Source: Catajapyx aquilonaris
Lineage: Eukaryota
DNA length: 37,249 nucleotides
Assembly: GCA_000934665.2 (NCBI GenBank)
Contig: JYFJ02003819.1
Location: forward strand, 1-37,249
Reading direction: 5' to 3'
Both the position numbers and the translations under genes were made by a program. The notes beneath the pieces are model-generated. The model did not search any database. It was not told the DNA's origin and was given only the letters and a program-made list of their open reading frames with translations. Below, piece after piece: positions 31,245 through 37,249 of this stretch. How positions within the stretch are numbered: the first letter of the stretch is position 1; every line of letters starts with the position of its first letter.

Positions 31245-32048
31245 CCGTCACTGATCACTATACTACAGGTCATGAACCCTTTCTCACGTGAATCGTCTAC
31301 TACCATGTATGGCGTCATAGCAAGCCGGAGAAATTACGAGAACACTTCTGGGACAATGTTGGCGCAGTTGAGACCGAACTATCTGCCATGCACGACAGAT
31401 ACGCTTCATAGTGCAACCAACACGTGCATGCAGGTCTGCGGAGACACTGCATGCTCAAGAGGTGAAATCTGCAGCACTGGGTCGTGCAATGAAACGCCTT
31501 GTTTAGCTTCTATAAGAAACAGAGTTGAGGAAAACTTTGTTTGCTATCAGTCAATAAATTTTACTTCCGCACAGCAATAATGCAAATAATGCAGTTAGGA
31601 AATTCATGAAACATATCATGGTTCATCATCCACTATTGTGTTCTTTCCATGGAATTGGCCAGTTTGGGGGAAGAAAAGAGCTTTCGAAAAACTGGAATGG
31701 AGCACAAAAATTGGACAGGAACGATGACAATACACGAATGATGCATGGAAAGTGGGACAGGTAATTGGAGATCCACCACAAATCCACTTCCCGTCGGGTA
31801 TAAGTCATGGTGAAAGACTACTTATGTCTGATCCAAGTCCTCATAGTTGTTTCGTCCAGAAATCCGACAGCATTGTCCAACGCTGTGACAGCTACACCCT
31901 GGGAAACTCTCGAGCTCAGGGAGGTTTCGTTGTTGCAGCTGGTCGGTTGCATGGGGCACTGTTGCAGTCCCCACTGATCCGTCACTGATCACTATACTAT
32001 ACAGGTCATGAACCCTTTCTCACGTGAATCGTCTACTACCATGTATGG
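31245..32048 (+). repeat. ~68-bp direct repeat, copies at 31245-31312 and 31979-32048
   Basis: ccgtcactgatcactatacta(ta)caggtcatgaaccctttctcacgtgaatcgtctactaccatgtatgg; copies identical except for a TA indel. Confidence 0.92.
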
Positions 32049-32078
32049 TTGTTACGATATAAGTCTTGTCTATATTAG

Positions 32079-34278
32079 GTATGATGCAGAACACATCGTC
32101 GGGACGAGTACCAGTGGCCACGTGACCGCTGGCTTTTGGGGGTGCATATGGGCAGGAGGGGCAATCGCACTCGCCGAGCATTCCCCTAGGTAAGGATGCA
32201 AAACTGCCCAGTTTGTCCGACACTGTCCCAGTTTTGACGCCCAAAGTCGCTCTCGGACCAACCCTCCCACGATCCATTTTTAAATATTGGCCCCTGTGTT
32301 TGACTAGAAATAACTCTCAGGTAAATGATGCGAAAAAATTAAGTTAAATATCCTTCGAAAGCTTGTTTAAATTGTCAAGCCCCATGCTTACCTCATGGGT
32401 GCCTTGGCCCGGCTCCAGCTCTGGTCGAGGGTTCGTAAAGAACACATACACGGTGTTTGGTAGGTTTCAGCTTTTATTCCGCCCTCCTTCCTCCATCTCA
32501 CTCCAATACAGACTCTGTCCTCTCCCTTCTCCTGTTGCCGCCCTTACCGCCGGCAAGGGTAGCCAACCCCTACCGCCAGCAAGGGTAGCCAACTAACACT
32601 CATACTGCCAAGTTGCCTAGCCTGGCAAAATCTACTTAAAAATTGTCATTTTTGTAATCATGGATAATTTAATTGCACACCTCTGTTATCTCGGTTGTGT
32701 ATCATCCGAATTACTTCGTGAATGTATCGACGGCAAGCCAGAAATGTGCGTGATGAAATTACATCCTGCTCTATTACACTACAAATTTAAAAGCATTGGT
32801 TGATTACGTTTAATAGGCAAGTACCCAGCCCGCTTTCTGGCGGGAGTAGACGGCGATACTTTTCAATACTTTTAAAAGTTTTAGTGTAATGGAGCAAGGT
32901 GTCATTTATCACGCACGTATCAGGCTTACCGTCGATACATTCACGAAGTAATGCGGATGATAAATAGCCGAGATAACAGAGGTGTGCAATTAACTGAATT
33001 ATGACTACACAAATGGCGATATACTATGAGTTTCAAATAAATTATATAATTAGATAGCCAAAGATTCGAAATTTCCATGGTTCACAGGGGCTTTTTTGGC
33101 CTCCAGGAAGTGTCAGAATAAAAATCATTTTTCGGCGTAACGTCGGCAACTAGTCAAGAAATCACACCTTTCCGCCTTCTTCTTGCAATAAAAATTTACA
33201 CAGTATGATCGGAAAACAACTCGCATATCTGTGACGTACATTTAAACAAGCTTTCTAACGATGTATAACTTTATGTTTTCTGATCATTTACCTGACAGTT
33301 ATTTCGAGTCAAACACAGGGGCCAGTATTTTTTTAAAATGGATAGTATAGGAACCCATTCAGTCCAGGTTTTCTTACAAGTGTGCTGTCAAAGGATACAT
33401 GTAACATTCCCTCCCCAAACGCTCATGCTACTTTTCACACAGAAGTCACTTCAATCACAATGAGCTCAAAGACGGAAGGGCTTGGGTGATCCTAAACCCG
33501 ATGTCCGTGATAGAATTTCCTGTGCTGAGATCCTTCTTCATAAAGAGTAACAGTATATTAGCAGATATTTTTGTAGTCATGGAACATAGCTCCTAATGTG
33601 AAGGGGCAGGGACAGTATCCAGGTGGCACATTTGCCATTCAGGACATTATTCCACAGTGCACCATTTGTTGTCAAGTTTCGAGGTCATGGGGACCAGTGC
33701 CCCCTTTAATTCCAGCTGGAACCTCCTGAAATAGTCAACGGACTACTGTCCCTTCAACCGAATATTCTCATTCACGCAGGAAAACAATATGACTGATAAT
33801 ACAACTGTTTCTTATTGAGCAGCTTGCCGGGTTGGACGTTACTAATTAATGTTTCTTGCGCTACCACCAGGATGAACGCGGATGAATACTGCGACATCCT
33901 GGAGGAGGTGCTGGTGCCACACACCAGCGCAGCGCCCTGTTCGGCGAGGGTGCTCCTTTTGTCTTTATGCATGACAATGCCAGCATCCACACCGCCCGGA
34001 CCACGAAGGATTGGTTTGAGGACCACCCGCATATAACTCTGCTGCCCTACTGGCCGCCATGCTCCCCTGACCTCAACCCTATCGAGGACGTCTGGGCCTC
34101 AATGGTGCGCGAGTGGGATGTGAGACACGAGCGCACCCCTGATGCTCTCCGGGCCCATGTCCTCGATGTGTGGGGGAGCATGGAGCGCCGGCCAGGGTTT
34201 ATGCGGGGACTTGTGGAGTCCCTCCCGGACCGGTTCCAGGCGGTGATCAATGCACAGGGTGGCCACACCAAGTATTAG
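32079..34278 (+). pseudogene. Tc1-like (DD36E) transposase remnant: exon 32079..32189, GT-AG intron 32190..33870, exon 33871..34278 with one frameshift near 33920
   Basis: RYDAEHIVGTSTSGHVTAGFWGCIWAGG...PR|MNADEYCDILEEVLVP.../FVFMHDNASIH...WPPCSPDLNPIEDVW...LVESLPDRFQAVINAQGGHTKY* are canonical Tc1 motifs; donor AG|gtaagg, branch-like actaat at 33841, acceptor ccaccag|G join in frame. Confidence 0.85.
32270..33345. mobile_element. Palindromic MITE inside the transposase intron, with an inner ~375-bp palindrome (32644-33020)
   Basis: atccatttt...tggcccctgtgtttgact mirrored by agtcaaacacaggggcca...aaaatggat; inner aattgcacacctctgttatctcgg / ccgagataacagaggtgtgcaatt. Confidence 0.78.
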
Positions 34279-35093
34279 GTGTGTGATGATTTATTTTTTT
34301 CGTTATGTTTTGCGAGCTTTGAGTTGCCAAACAAAACAGGTCTAAATTACTGACTCCCGTTCTGCCGCCCGCAGTGCAGCTTGCTGTTTTCGTCCGACCA
34401 CGGCTCACTCCGGTGGGCTATAGGATGACCGACGTTCTCGAACTGCAGCCGCATCGCCTTCTGCTGTTGACTGATGACCATGGTCGCTGGATAGTTGGTG
34501 CCACCTCTCGGTTGACCGACTTCGCAGCTCTCTATGTTGTGCCATTACACTGGACAAAATTAGGGCCGAGCTGGGACGACCCTACTTCGGCCTGGTTTCC
34601 GTGCCTAGAAACGGGCAATCCACCGACGACGCACCGTCTTCTCTCATGACGCCGTCGCAGCAATCTCAGGCCGGTGCCACCTGCCTAGGGAAGAGCGGTT
34701 ATGTAGCCCCTCAGCTCAGAACTTTATTTGCATTATTGCTGCCGGTGCGAAATAAGATTTATTGACTGATAGCAAACAAAGTTTGCCTCAACTCTGTTTC
34801 TTATAGAAGCTAAACAAGGCGTTTCATTGCATGACCCAGTGCTGCAGATTCTACTAGCAATTTTAGTCTTATTTACTTCAAAAAAAAATGCTAGTGATGG
34901 ACTTTTGCTATTGCCTTGCGCAGTCCACCACAGTTCTCACTCGGGCTTCATATGGTAGGGTACTCAGTTATGGGAATGGGTGATAGCAAGGTGATAGGAA
35001 GTGTGTGAGATTCAAATAAGCCTACTGCAGTGTGTGGGAGCTGTCTTTTAAAGACAGATGGACATCATTAATTTTATGGATGTCTATGTAAAC

Positions 35094-35410
35094 CAAAGAG
35101 CTCTGCTATAATATACTGTATAAATAGTATAATATACTTAGAGAGAGCACTCGGGGTGAAACGTAAGGCAGGCAACAATCCAGGCAACAATACATGACCC
35201 AAGTAAATATGGCGGACGCCTGACATTTGGACTAAGTGACGTCGTCCCAGTTGTCATTATTGGTTGTTGTCCCAGTTGCTGGGCAACTGTTAGAACAACA
35301 ATATGAGTATATGACTCAAGTAAAAATGGCGGCTGCCTCAGCCTGGCTAATGGGGAAAGGATAGGGAGTACTTCCTCTAGGTAGGCCCTATATTATAGTA
35401 GAACTCTTTG
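35094..35410. mobile_element. hAT-type MITE (317 bp)
   Basis: TIRs caaagagctctgctataatata / tatattatagtagaactctttg; 8-bp TSD atgtaaac at 35086-35093 and 35411-35418. Confidence 0.85.
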
Positions 35411-35903
35411 ATGTAAACAGGGCTTACACGTTACCCAGTAACCGTTGGATTAAACCGTGGCTGACCAACTGAGGTGCACCGGTCTTTATAGGTGTACCGT
35501 GCATATCATTTCCATAAGTATTGCCTAGTCCCTTGCTGTCAACAATGCACAGGGGTAGCCCTGATGAATGTTCATACAACTGGCCCTATAACAATGTCGC
35601 AACACTAATGACACATGCAACAAAATGTGACTTTTTTTGTCCATGGAAATTAATTGTCATATTCGTGTTCCTTAGGTCACAAGTAACTCATAATGGGCAT
35701 TCATTTTGTCATTGATTTGTTTTTGACCTCGGGGCAGGGAAAAAACCAAAATCCTCAAATATAACAGTTTTTTCCCAATCAAGCGGGCCTAAATGTTCCT
35801 AAACCATCTCGGATTTTTCTTAAAATAATCACAGCTGTATACACCTATGCCGTGACAATGCATGTCAAGTTTAAGCCAAATTGCGAAATACCATGTGGAG
35901 GGG

Positions 35904-36863
35904 CAATTCCACGTGAACGTGACCACCTTTTGCACGAAAAAATTTGCCCGTCGATGAGTGTGAGATATGTTTTAGTCCAGGTCAAGTTATGACCTTTCCC
36001 ACAAGGATTTGGTCCGCCGATGCGTGGTTGCCTATCTACAGGCTCTAATTGCACTTGGATCACAGTTAGAGGCGCCCCCCTATTACATTTACATGACAAC
36101 GTAAATGCATGATGTAATACATGTTTCATGTGTGAAATTGTCTCCTCTTTCCGACAGAAATAGTCACTTTCCGATAGCTGTGCAAATTCATGTCAAAAAG
36201 CGACATTTTTGCAAACAAATGACATTTTCAAAATGAGAGTCAAAGTCAAATGTCATCACATTGTTATCAAAATACACCTCACAGTGTCCTCTATCAGTGA
36301 TACAAACGGAATTTTGGAATACGAAATGGTTACGGAGCTATGCGCTAGTGACCACGCCCCCAGAATGAAAAGGAGCGGCCTTAGGTCCGTCTTCATGTCT
36401 CAGGTAGTGTACGCTTGTCCTTTGTGTTTAATTCACTTAATAATATAGTTAATGTAGTTATAGTTTTAGTAGTATATCTTGAAATGTAGTTCCAAATAAA
36501 TTTGGTCCTCCACTGGACAATTCCACGTGAACGTGATCACCTTTTGCACGAAAGATTTTGACCGTCGATAAGTGTCAAAGTGTGAGGAGATATGTTTAGG
36601 TCCATGTTAGAACCTTTCGCATAAGGATTTGGTCCGCTGATGCGTGGCTGCCTCTCTACAGGCGCAAATTGTACTTTGATCACATTTACACGACAATGTA
36701 AATACTTGATGTGATACAAGTTTCATGTGTGAAATTGTCTCCTCTTTTCGACAAAAATGCTAACCTCCTGACAGATGTGCATAATTATTCAAGCCAAAAA
36801 GCTAGAATCCTCTATCAGCCATATACAAACGGAATTTTGGCATACGCAAGGGTTACGGAGCTA
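35904..36863 (+). repeat. Diverged direct duplication, units 35904-36340 and 36518-36863
   Basis: Both units start caattccacgtgaacgtga, share aaggatttggtccgc and tttcatgtgtgaaattgtctcctcttt, and end ggttacggagcta. Confidence 0.85.
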
Positions 36864-37249
36864 TAATATAATCACTGATGTGGAGGGGTGCAGGCTTGGG
36901 TGCAGGAGTGCATCCGGTGAAAGAAAGGGCCCGTATGGAGCAGCAAGGAATTCCGTACAGGTCTCAACAGTGAACATTCATTTGGACTGTGACTAGGAAC
37001 CAGTGCCGGATCTAGGAAATTTCGGAGGGGGGGCAGAAACTTTTCCTGCCGCCCCCCACCCCCAACCCCCGCGGTTTGAAAGTTTGGTTTCATTTTTCTG
37101 ACATGGATCTTCTGCACTTCAGGCAGTGGCGCATGCAAAATGTTCTTTTGGAGGGAGCTGGCAGGCGAGGAAGCCCGCCGCAGGCGAAAAATTTTGTGCG
37201 TTCAAGGTCACACAAGCTGAGGGTGCTAAATTTCTTTCTGCCAGAAAGA

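Larger units (their letters stand above)
31466..34850. mobile_element. ~125-bp inverted repeats (31466-31589 and 34724-34850) bracketing the Tc1-like transposase remnant
   Basis: aatctgcagcactgggtcgtgcaatgaaacgccttgtttagcttctataagaaacagagttgagg is mirrored almost perfectly; no TA TSD at the visible ends. Confidence 0.7.

Noticed and set aside
37001..37249. hAT-like left termini cagtgccggatctagg and cagtggcgcatgc
   Set aside because: No confident partner TIR or TSD within the window

Overview
Eukaryotic (invertebrate-like, probably arthropod) genomic DNA with spliceosomal introns and a heavy transposon load. It holds a complete 10-exon CCZ1 gene on the + strand (9012-25622, 470 aa, all introns GT-AG with consistent phases). 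A divergently transcribed gene on the - strand has three supportable coding exons (3965-3007) carrying an EJC-binding-motif-like peptide and a PAM2 motif; its 3' part is not visible and probably lies left of the window. Introns and intergenic DNA are packed with palindromic non-autonomous DNA transposons (hAT, Tc1/mariner, PIF/Harbinger, piggyBac types, often nested), tRNA-derived SINEs, a small Helitron and a decayed mariner. There is also an apparently intron-containing Tc1-like transposase remnant with DD36E spacing and several mismatch-free short hairpins. All homology calls come from recalled family motifs; no database search was run.
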